A stretch of 64,000 bases of DNA from a virus (taxonomy: Duplodnaviria > Caudoviricetes): IMG/VR virus record IMGVR_UViG_3300014039_000012, positions 105,442 to 169,441 of that record; one strand, written 5' to 3'. The first letter of the stretch is position 1. Every line of letters starts with the position of its first letter. The position numbers were made by a program, and so were the translations under genes. A model generated the notes under the pieces. It was not told the origin of the DNA. It ran no database searches and worked only from the letters and a program-made list of their open reading frames with translations. This document shows, one piece after another, positions 34,812-43,224 of this stretch.

Positions 34812-35673
34812 AATCAGCTAAAACTATAAACTAAATTTATGCCAATTTCTTAAATTAAATAACAAGAATTTTAGGGTATCTTCGGATACCCTATTTCCCA
34901 TATATCCTTCCCCACTTTCTTCCTCAGTCCTTTATTTTAATAGGTAAAACCATCCCTAAAATCGATTCTGAAATCTATTTAATCCCTACTTTTTACTATC
35001 CCTTAATTCGTATGTCTCTTCCCTTGTTTCCCCTCCATTTTCCTCCATTCTTCCCCACTTTTAACCATCCTCTTGTCCTATTGTTGAAAATGTGGAAAAA
35101 CTTGTGGAAAACTTACCAAAAATACTCAATCATATTCAAATATTGTCTAATTATTACCCAAATATCCAAGAAATACCCAGAAAACCCTCTATAGACATCT
35201 TCTATATATAAATCATCAACAGATCATCATATAATTGTGTGATCTAACTCATATATTCTTTCTTAATTATGCGATTAGATTAGAAGGCCGTTGGATATGG
35301 AATTATATTGGTTCTATAGTCTAGTACTAGTATATGGGCTATTATTAAGAAGAACTTATATTAAAGTTGGTTAGATATCAAGTATTGTTATTCTTTCAAG
35401 GATCATATATATTGATCATATATATTTGGGGAACCAAGTTTCCCCACACCCCCTCCTTTGCCCGAAAAGACTTTCAGTCTTTTCTCCTCGTCCCCTCACT
35501 TCGTTCGGGTCGCCGTCCAATCGTTTTTCATTTGTCGAACCTGACGGTTCTCAAATGAATAAACCGACTTCGTCGTAGTATATATTTATTTTTTTAAGGG
35601 AAAGGAAAGGATGTGTATTTATATTTAAAAGGGAATGTATTTGTAAATATTTTGTTAATTATATATAGAGGGA

Positions 35674-35702
35674 TTGACAAGGAGGGGGAAGTGTGGTATA
35701 AT
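35674..35702 (+). promoter_or_regulatory. Sigma-A promoter
   Basis: TTGACA 35674-35679 and TGgTATAAT ending 35702. Confidence 0.8.
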
Positions 35703-35744
35703 AGAGGTGAATAGAAGGAAGTAGAAGGAGGAGGGATTTTTATT

Positions 35745-36449
35745 ATGACTAATATTGAGCGTACTTTTTATAGAGAACTTCACAATCTTGAAGTGGGAGT
35801 TATTTATAAAAACTCAAGGGTGGTTTGTGAACTTTTAAAATTTCCATTTGTTAGTGGAAGTAGTCGAATTGCAGTTATGAAATTATTGGATAAGTATACC
35901 CGATATATTAAAGTTGGACAGAAGTATATTTTTTCTGAAATATATTTAGATAAGATTCCTGTTGAACCGGAGAAAAAAATGATTTTACAAGACGGAGAAA
36001 TTGTTAAACCGTTCCCTGATTGTGATAGATATCTTGTAAGTAATTATGGGAGAATTTGGTCAAAACCAAAAGGGGACTGGGCACATCTTGGAAGTAATCC
36101 TAATGGATATTTGTATTGTAGTATAAGTGGTAAATATTTATCTGTTCATAGAATAGTAGCATTGACTTTTATACCAAACCCGTTAGGGTTGGCAGAAGTT
36201 AATCATAAAGACGAAAATAAGCATAATAATCGTGTAGATAATTTAGAATGGATTTCAAGGAGAGATAATCTTTATTATGGAACTAGAATGGATAGAATAA
36301 AAGCAGGGAGAAATAAGAGGAGAAATAATCCTAATAGATTTAAAGATAGATTCGAAAAGATTGTAAGAGATTGGAAGAATGTCGGTATAAATAGGGAAGA
36401 GATGGAGTTAATGATAAAGGAGATTGTTGATGGGATATTTGAAGAGTAG
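35745..36449 (+). CDS. NUMOD4/HNH endonuclease with an extra N-terminal domain
   Basis: YLVSNYGRI, VHRIVA.TFIPNP and VNHKDENK.NN.VDNLEW motifs. Confidence 0.85.
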   Translation: MTNIERTFYRELHNLEVGVIYKNSRVVCELLKFPFVSGSSRIAVMKLLDKYTRYIKVGQKYIFSEIYLDKIPVEPEKKMILQDGEIVKPFPDCDRYLVSNYGRIWSKPKGDWAHLGSNPNGYLYCSISGKYLSVHRIVALTFIPNPLGLAEVNHKDENKHNNRVDNLEWISRRDNLYYGTRMDRIKAGRNKRRNNPNRFKDRFEKIVRDWKNVGINREEMELMIKEIVDGIFEE

Positions 36450-36709
36450 GATTGGGTGCGAGATTGATAATGAGAGGATAGATAGGTAAACGATTAAGAG
36501 AGATATAGGATAGACGAGATTTTGATATGTTTGATATGATCTTTTCTTTTATAAGAAAAGTAAAAATAAAGTAAAATGTTAAGAATTCCAGAAAATTCCA
36601 AATAAATCACTTTAATTTCAAATAAATTCCAAATTAACTTAAACTAATTCAAACTAATTTCTAACCGCTCCCTTATAAAAATAATCTTAAATAAATTTTT
36701 CAAAACCAC

Positions 36710-36738
36710 TTGACAAATCCGCCCTTTTATGATATAAT
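36710..36738 (+). promoter_or_regulatory. Sigma-A promoter
   Basis: TTGACA 36710-36715 and TGaTATAAT ending 36738. Confidence 0.8.
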
Positions 36739-36769
36739 TATACTGAATAGGTAGAATAGAAACTCAAAA

Positions 36770-37185
36770 TATAATTATGAACAAATTATAAATGTATTTT
36801 CCCTACTTTCCAGTAGAATAGAAAACCCCTCTATAGGAAAATATGGAAAAAATATTTTTTAATATTTAAAAACCCTTTTTGCGCGAAGCGCAGAGACGCT
36901 GGAGTCATAACATAATTTGTTAACATTTACCTATTTTTTAATCAAAAATTATATATATAGGAGGATTGTTAATGTTAACAAATTATGAATGAAAAATGCA
37001 CACTTTTAAAGATTTATTATTATTATTATATTTATATATATACCGTTAAAAAGTGTGCAATCGTTAATATTTTGTTCATAATTTAACCGCTCCCCAAACG
37101 ACGAAATTTCTCACCATAGAATCGTAGATTTCGTGTTAAAAAGTGACAAAACTAAACTATAAATATTATAAAAATTAAAGGAGAA
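36770..37185. other. Putative replication origin region
   Basis: Very AT-rich. Inverted repeat TGCACACTTTT (36997-37007)/AAAAGTGTGCA (37049-37059) flanks an almost pure AT core. Repeated ATAATTTGTT-like boxes and a gcgcgaagcgc hairpin are present. Confidence 0.45.
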
Positions 37186-37189
37186 TTAT

Positions 37190-38449
37190 ATGATAGAAGA
37201 AATTGAGAATAAACAACCTCGAATAACAAATAATCTTGAAACATTTAAAAATTTACAAATTGGTAAAAAATATAGATACGTAGATTTATGTGAAGTTCTC
37301 GAAGAACCGAAATTACGAGGTAAACAAAAAGAGTATCAAATTGCCAGATGGGAGCGGAAATGTAATTTAAACAAAATTGCAAATTCTCCATATTATGAAG
37401 TTAATGAGATTTATGAAAATGAACTCCATCCAATTGAGACAAGGGGAAAGAAAAACGAATATTTAAAATATATTAGAGATATTATAGTTTTATCTTGTTA
37501 TCAAAAAAGAAACACAAAACAAAAAAATGAAGAAAGTGACTACTATCATTTTGAAGCATCAAAAGTAAATTTATATATGTTATTTGGTTTTTTCAATCAA
37601 AAGTTTATTGAGTTTTGTTTTAATTCCGAAAATGAAAAAAATAAAAAGATTCTTGAAAACATAAAAGATAAAAACGCTATTATCAAACAATTTGAAAGTG
37701 AAGTATTTGGAAAATGTTTCGATGTTTTGGATAGTGTTAGAAAGAGATTAAAGAATGAACAATTAATTGACTCTCACGACACAGTAGAAGTGTATCAATT
37801 ATATAGAAATGAAAATACTCATCAATTTTATCCAATAGATACTTGGTATGGAATTTGGAGATCTTTAACAGAAGAAGAACAGACGTATTTGATGGATGTC
37901 AAAAAGAGTATAATGAGGGAAATGGGATGTTCCACCCTTTCCAGTCTATATTATAGAGGGTGGGGAGAGAAATTTAGAAATAAAGTAACACAGATTATAT
38001 ATAGAGAGCGGGGCTGGAAGCTATATAGAGAGTCTGTAAGTTTTTGGATGGTTAAAAGAAATGTAATTGAAGAAGCGGAGGAAATACTAAAGAAATGTGG
38101 ATACGATCCGGATGACGAAGTGGTTCAAGCTAAAGCTTGTGAAATTAATGAAAAAATGATTGGATTCTTAAAAAATAGAACGGACATTAATTTATATGCT
38201 TTAACTCACGCAGCGGCAACAGAAATTATAGAAAAAAGAGAAGAGACTCCATCAAGAGGAACATTTTATAAAACATTAGAAATTTTAATGGAACTATATG
38301 AATTAATCGATGAGCCAAGAGAAAGACAAGATGTCAAAGATCAATTGATGTTTCAGAGCTTTGATAACGAGGCTATTATAGATGAATATAAAAATGTAAG
38401 AGAAATGTTGATTGGAGAATTAATTAAATTGCCATCAGAACAGTTTTAA
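37190..38449 (+). CDS. Hypothetical protein, candidate replication initiator/DNA-binding protein
   Basis: 419 aa ORF with strong SD next to the AT-rich repeat region; its N-terminal domain resembles that of 35745..36449. Confidence 0.5.
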   Translation: MIEEIENKQPRITNNLETFKNLQIGKKYRYVDLCEVLEEPKLRGKQKEYQIARWERKCNLNKIANSPYYEVNEIYENELHPIETRGKKNEYLKYIRDIIVLSCYQKRNTKQKNEESDYYHFEASKVNLYMLFGFFNQKFIEFCFNSENEKNKKILENIKDKNAIIKQFESEVFGKCFDVLDSVRKRLKNEQLIDSHDTVEVYQLYRNENTHQFYPIDTWYGIWRSLTEEEQTYLMDVKKSIMREMGCSTLSSLYYRGWGEKFRNKVTQIIYRERGWKLYRESVSFWMVKRNVIEEAEEILKKCGYDPDDEVVQAKACEINEKMIGFLKNRTDINLYALTHAAATEIIEKREETPSRGTFYKTLEILMELYELIDEPRERQDVKDQLMFQSFDNEAIIDEYKNVREMLIGELIKLPSEQF

Positions 38450-38522
38450 CCGCTCCCGTTTGCCTTCATCTCCCTCCCAAAAAACTTTTTTCAAAAAATC
38501 AGAACTTTTTTCTTAAAACCCC

Positions 38523-38551
38523 TTGACAAAACGGATTTTATGTGCTATAAT
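38523..38551 (+). promoter_or_regulatory. Sigma-A promoter for the ncRNA/tRNA cluster
   Basis: TTGACA 38523-38528 and TGcTATAAT ending 38551. Confidence 0.85.
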
Positions 38552-38676
38552 ATAAGCGTGAAAGGGAGAGAGCATCGGCACACGAGTAGGGAGCGGTTCA
38601 AAGCCTAAGTGATACCCGACACTAACCGCTCCCGAAGGCTCCATCGGACTCTATTTCACTACCTCCTTTCTTAAAG

Positions 38677-38764
38677 AACCGCAGGAACTGCGGGGATAGC
38701 CTGTTGATACTTGAAGAGACTTCATTGAGCAGGAAGCTCACTCCTCTGGGGTTGGGCAGTTCAC
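38677..38764 (+). ncRNA. IS200/IS605 right-end / TnpB omega-RNA-like scaffold without tnpB
   Basis: aaccgcaggaactgcggggatagcctg...caggaagctcactcctctggggttgggcagTTCAC resembles the tnpB 3' scaffold, the subterminal hairpin and the TCAC end. Confidence 0.6.
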
Positions 38765-38888
38765 ATGAACTAGTGGTTTTCATAGTAGACTCCTTTCAAA
38801 TGTGACGCCGGTCTTGGTGGTGCTTGATCGGTATGACAAAGCGGTCGGACGCTTGACAGCTCGGACAGACGGCACCTTTCTAAAACAT

Positions 38889-38979
38889 CCATCGGCAGCT
38901 TAATTGGTTCAAGCCCGCGATCTATAATCGCGAGACCCTCACAAGGCAAGTGGAGGTTCGACCCCTCCCCGATGGACCA
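38889..38979 (+). tRNA. Atypical tRNA, anticodon TAT (Ile), long variable arm, CCA encoded
   Basis: Acceptor CCATCGG/CCGATGG-A-CCA; anticodon stem CGCGA/TCGCG with loop TCTATAA; T arm GGAGG-TTCGACC-CCTCC. Confidence 0.75.
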
Positions 38980-39012
38980 AGCAATTATTTGAAAGGTAAG
39001 TATAAACACAAT

Positions 39013-39564
39013 ATGGATATAATATGGAAAGACATCCCGGGGTATGAAGGGCTCTATCAAGTGAACCAACGGGGAGAGGTATATAGCTTATATACTGGTA
39101 AAATTTTAAAATATAGCTTTTCCACAGATGGGTATAAGCAATATAATCTTTTCAAAGACAAGAAAAGACGGCTTATGATGGCTCATAAAGCGGTTGCGCT
39201 TGCTTTCATTCCAAATCCAGAAAATCTTCCGATGGTTAATCATAAAGATGAAAATAAATCTAATTGCTATTATGAAAACCTTGAATGGTGTAGTTGTTTA
39301 TATAACAACACATATAATGGGACTCATATTAAAAGGTCTGTTAAAAATTGTCTTACGACATTTCAATATAATGAATGCGGGGAATTAATTAGGATTTACT
39401 CTTCTGCAAAAGAGGCCGCAAAAGAAAACGGATTTACAGATAGTTGTATTAGCTCTTGTTGTACTGGAAATTTGTATACATATAAAAAATATGTATGGTC
39501 GCATTCAAAATTATCTAAAGAAGAAATTTTTGAAAAATTTCGTAAATCTAAACAAATTCAATAA
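39013..39564 (+). CDS. NUMOD4-HNH-NUMOD1 homing endonuclease
   Basis: WKDIPGYEGLYQV, HKAVA.AFIPNP, VNHKDENK.N...NLEW and a C-terminal NUMOD1-like region. Confidence 0.9.
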   Translation: MDIIWKDIPGYEGLYQVNQRGEVYSLYTGKILKYSFSTDGYKQYNLFKDKKRRLMMAHKAVALAFIPNPENLPMVNHKDENKSNCYYENLEWCSCLYNNTYNGTHIKRSVKNCLTTFQYNECGELIRIYSSAKEAAKENGFTDSCISSCCTGNLYTYKKYVWSHSKLSKEEIFEKFRKSKQIQ

Positions 39565-39582
39565 TCAAAGGAGTAATTCCAA

Positions 39583-39759
39583 ATGTTACCAATTATCGTA
39601 GCATCAGTCCTGTCTCTCCTCGCAGTCGGATTCATCGTTTGGTTCTGGACACGGACTCCGAGCAATCTTACCAAGTGGTATTGTATTCCGGTTACAATCT
39701 TTGGAGTGGCGGCAGTTATCGCGCTTTGGTTCTTTGCGGTAATTCTTCCAATTCTCTGA
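39583..39759 (+). CDS. Small membrane protein (58 aa, two hydrophobic segments)
   Basis: SD aaggag; MLPIIVASVLSLLAVGFIVWFW...IFGVAAVIALWFFAVILPIL; below the ORF-track size cutoff. Confidence 0.6.
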   Translation: MLPIIVASVLSLLAVGFIVWFWTRTPSNLTKWYCIPVTIFGVAAVIALWFFAVILPIL

Positions 39760-39794
39760 CCGAGATGACAGTCGGGAAAGACCGACGTCCATAT

Positions 39795-39876
39795 GGACCT
39801 GTGGCGAAATTGGCAAACGCATTCGACTTAAGATCGAGTACCTCCGGGTTTAAGAGTTCAAATCTCTTCAGGTCTA
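39795..39876 (+). tRNA. tRNA-Leu(TAA)
   Basis: Acceptor GGACCTG/CAGGTCT; D arm GGCGAAATTGGCAAACGC; anticodon loop CTTAAGA; variable arm; T loop TTCAAAT. Confidence 0.9.
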
Positions 39877-40118
39877 CGCTGGATTGTTCTTGAATAGGAT
39901 TTTATCCGTTAGCTCGCAACTAATGTCCGGCACCAAGACGCTTGATTGGCAGAATTCCTTAGTCTCTAAATAGTAATGGAAGCGCCCGACTCCCACGGAA
40001 GAGCGGAGCTCCCTCACAGAGGAACAGAAATCCGTCGCTGTGTTGTATATGTGACCGACGTTGACTGAATCGTCTCGTAAAAATTTCAGTGACAGTCTGG
40101 AGAGACAGACATTCATAT

Positions 40119-40194
40119 GGATGCGTAGCCCAGAGGAAGAGGCAAACGGCTCAAACCCGTTGTAGGGAATGTTCGAATCATTTCGCATCCACCA
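40119..40194 (+). tRNA. tRNA with anticodon CAA (Leu) and a short variable loop, CCA encoded
   Basis: Acceptor GGATGCG/CGCATCC-A-CCA; anticodon stem AACGG/CCGTT with loop CTCAAAC; T loop TTCGAAT. Confidence 0.85.
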
Positions 40195-40466
40195 GCCGCC
40201 AATGATGGAGATGCGTATAACTCACGCCATTCAGACTAAGTCAAGCTGGGCGCGTTAAAACTGTTTAATCCGTGCCTTGGATAATTCTTCCAGTCGGTTC
40301 TTACATCAGATAATTTCGCCAAAGCAACCGATTCTTCTATCCCCTTCAGATGGCGTGCAGTCCCGTTCGAGTCGGGCGAGGGGAATCAGGTCTGCTCCCA
40401 GACAGTACACAGGGAGCGAGAGTAAGCCCTCGTCAAGGCGAAGTTTATGGGTTAGCTTGAAACCCT

Positions 40467-40541
40467 GCCGCAAGCGTGATGAAGGAGTCTAACATCCAAT
40501 AGCGCGTTGGTATCATTGGTTCGAATCCAATCGTTGCGGTT
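40467..40541 (+). ncRNA. tRNA-like element / pseudo-tRNA
   Basis: Terminal stem GCCGCAA/TTGCGGT and a perfect T arm ATTGG-TTCGAAT-CCAAT, but no canonical anticodon loop or CCA. Confidence 0.5.
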
Positions 40542-40987
40542 CTTCGGGCAAGAGAAGTAAAACCTTGCCAAGAGGCGAAGCGGAACGCCGAAAACACCAA
40601 CCGAAAAACTGTCTTGTTCGATCGCCTTTCCGATGAAGCATTAGATGAATGATGCTTGCGGTGAAACGGGTTAAACTCCCGGCTTCGGGCTGGCTTAATC
40701 GGCAAGATAAACCGCTCCCTCGACGCGGGATGTTCCCCGTCAAAATATGTGAAATTCATAGCTTAGCCCGTTATAGTCGGAAAGTATTCATAGGTATTCC
40801 TCCGCCTATCGCACCCCAGAAATGGACACGCGGAAAAGAGAGGAAAATCGCCGACCCACCAAGCGTGGGAACGGTTCCTGTAGCCGTCTAATTGCGGTTA
40901 CTGCTGATAGCAGTCTGATCAACTGCTAAAATTCGGTGCCACCGATGAGGGGTTAAATGGACGCGATAGCCGTTACAGCCGAAACAT

Positions 40988-41063
40988 TGTCGAGTAACCA
41001 AGTGGTAAGGTAACTGGTTTTGACCCAGTCATTGCGCAGGTTCGAATCCTGCCTCGACAGCCA
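40988..41063 (+). tRNA. tRNA-Gln(TTG), CCA encoded
   Basis: Acceptor TGTCGAG/CTCGACA-G-CCA; anticodon stem ACTGG/CCAGT with loop TTTTGAC; T arm GCAGG-TTCGAAT-CCTGC. Confidence 0.93.
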
Positions 41064-41187
41064 GCGGATGCTATTCCGCTAAACCTCCAATAATTTATAT
41101 GGGCACCCGCCTCTATTAGGTCCGATAATTGAGTCGGAAACCGATGAGACGGGTTGTTCCGCATCTAAAGAAAGGAAACCGCTCCCA

Positions 41188-41667
41188 ATGAGCATCACTC
41201 TCAACGTCAACGTAAACCTTCCAATATATAACAAGACTCCAACCTATAAACCGCTCCCGCAATTAACTCGTCGTCAGCGGTCATTTTTCGAGTCTGCTAA
41301 AGCAGTATCTATTCTCTCTGATCATCCACAGTTTCATTTAGGTTGTGTTATCGTAGAAGGTTCTCGTATCATCTCATCAGGATGTAATTCAATCACACGA
41401 TGCTCTCCTATTCAGCAGAAGCTCGACCACAATCGGTTCGGCGGAGAACATAGAGGAGTGTGTCACGCAGAAACATCTGCCTTGCTTCCGCTCATTCGTC
41501 AGAGACTGGATTTAACCTCTTGTACCGCGTATCTGTACCGCTCCCATAAAGATGGCTCTCTTGCCATTTCTCGCCCTTGTAGCGGCTGTATGAGCCTCCT
41601 GCGAGCCGCTGGCATTCGGCGAGTCTTCTTCACGGTTGAAGGCGGATATGCGGTAGAAGACATTTAG
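41188..41667 (+). CDS. Zn-dependent cytidine/dCMP deaminase family protein
   Basis: HAE and PCxxC motifs; LGCVI...IISSGCN. Confidence 0.85.
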   Translation: MSITLNVNVNLPIYNKTPTYKPLPQLTRRQRSFFESAKAVSILSDHPQFHLGCVIVEGSRIISSGCNSITRCSPIQQKLDHNRFGGEHRGVCHAETSALLPLIRQRLDLTSCTAYLYRSHKDGSLAISRPCSGCMSLLRAAGIRRVFFTVEGGYAVEDI

Positions 41668-41765
41668 GGAGCGGTTCATATCATCAGGTGATTAGACAAC
41701 CTACCCAAAACAGGTTATCTTCACATATATTAACAAATTATTAACAAGAAAGGGGGGGACTTAAT

Positions 41766-42356
41766 ATGCCTCGTAAAAATAAAAGTATATCTTTCGATGA
41801 AATGATTAATGAAATACCTTTTGAAGAAAAATGGTCATATATTTCTGGAACAAACGATTCTTATATTATAGTTTCAAATGGGGATGTTTATTCTAGTATT
41901 ACAAATATGGGAAAAACAAATCGTTGGCATAGATTAGAACACAGATTATCTCGATATGGTTATCATCGCGTAACTATAAAGATAAATAACAAAAGAATAG
42001 ATCGATATATTCATAGGTTAGTTTTAGAAACCTTTTGTCCAATTGAAAATATGGAAAATTATGATTGTGCCCATCTTGACGATAATAAAGATAACAATAG
42101 TTTAAATAATTTAAGATGGATGACTCGTTTTGAGAATAATCATTGGAATGACAAAATTGAAAGAGGCGCATCAAAAAGAAGAATTCCCGTTTTTCAATAT
42201 GATTTAGACGGAAACTATATAGCGTCTTTTGAAGGATTGAGAAGAGCAGAGGACGCAACTGGATTCGATCATTCAAAAATATCTAATTGCGCAAAAGGGA
42301 AAAGAAAAGAATATAAAGGGTTTATTTGGTCTTTTATAGGACCTGATAATAAATAA
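41766..42356 (+). CDS. HNH endonuclease with NUMOD1-like C-terminus
   Basis: IHRLVLETF, AHLDDNKDNN.LNNLRW and QYDLDG...ISNCAKG motifs. Confidence 0.88.
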   Translation: MPRKNKSISFDEMINEIPFEEKWSYISGTNDSYIIVSNGDVYSSITNMGKTNRWHRLEHRLSRYGYHRVTIKINNKRIDRYIHRLVLETFCPIENMENYDCAHLDDNKDNNSLNNLRWMTRFENNHWNDKIERGASKRRIPVFQYDLDGNYIASFEGLRRAEDATGFDHSKISNCAKGKRKEYKGFIWSFIGPDNK

Positions 42357-42378
42357 AATATTTTATGGAGATGAATTT

Positions 42379-43224
42379 ATGAAAGAAATTGAAAGAACCC
42401 CGTTGAGCAGCAAGGCATTAATTGAAATGAAAGACTGTTTCCTAAAATGTCTTAAAGCAGAGTATATTCACGTTGATAATGACGGCGATTATGCTTTTGA
42501 AGAATCGAGAGATGGAAAAACGTTGTATCTTTTGTTCCAATGGACCAGAACAGCATATGACTGGATTAGTAATTTTGATTTTGTTGCTAAACCGTACAAA
42601 GATATGGAAATTACTTGGAGATGTCACAGAGGATTTTTAAGAGTTTGGAAATCGATTGAGCCGCACATTAAAGAATTGGTAAAAAATGAAAAGTACAAAG
42701 CTATTAAAATTGCGGGATTTTCACACGGCGCTGCTATCGCAACACTTGCTCACGAGTATGTTTGGTTCAACCGTCCCGACCTCCGCAGTGAAGAGAATCC
42801 CGAAGGAATCACAGGTTATGGATTCGGTTGTCCGAGATGTTATTTCGGTTCTCTCCTCCCGTGGAAGAAGATGCCGCAGGAGCTCGCACAGCGTTGGGAG
42901 CGGTTCTACCCCATCCGCAATATCTCCGACCTCGTAACACACGTCCCACCCCGCATTTTCGGGTTCAGACACGTTGCTCCAGTCGTTCAGTTGGGCAAGA
43001 CTGGCAAGTGGCAGATTATCGATTATGCTCCCAACCTTCCTCCAAGAGTAGCAATGCACTACGCCCCAAATTATATTCTCTCTCTTGATGATGGAATTAA
43101 GGAAGCGCAGGAACTCGAAGCCTACCAGAAGGCAGTCGAGAAGGCAAACGCCCGTGCCGCAAAGAAAGCTGCTGCCACCAAAGCAAAGGCTGAAACGGGG
43201 AGCGGTTCAAAGGAGGAGAAGTGA
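42379..43224 (+). CDS. Class 3 lipase-like alpha/beta hydrolase
   Basis: DW.SN, HRGF, GFSHG nucleophile elbow, FG.PR and DLVTHVPP motifs. Confidence 0.85.
   Translation: MKEIERTPLSSKALIEMKDCFLKCLKAEYIHVDNDGDYAFEESRDGKTLYLLFQWTRTAYDWISNFDFVAKPYKDMEITWRCHRGFLRVWKSIEPHIKELVKNEKYKAIKIAGFSHGAAIATLAHEYVWFNRPDLRSEENPEGITGYGFGCPRCYFGSLLPWKKMPQELAQRWERFYPIRNISDLVTHVPPRIFGFRHVAPVVQLGKTGKWQIIDYAPNLPPRVAMHYAPNYILSLDDGIKEAQELEAYQKAVEKANARAAKKAAATKAKAETGSGSKEEK

Noticed and set aside
40640-40860. RNase P RNA (tagatgaatga, ggtgaaacggg.taaactcc, ggctta.tcggc, gaggaaa fragments)
   Set aside because: The fragments are not in canonical order and I could not form P4; the region is left as unassigned ncRNA.
40942-40985. 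Hammerhead ribozyme (ccgatgag...gaaac)
   Set aside because: The core has CCGATGA instead of CTGATGA, and stems I and III are not evident.
38770-41164. ORF-track ORFs overlapping the tRNA cluster (38770, 39604, 39639, 39874, 40277, 40445, 40513, 40649, 40973) and the GTG extension at 38950
   Set aside because: They overlap tRNAs or structured RNA and have no recognisable protein features.
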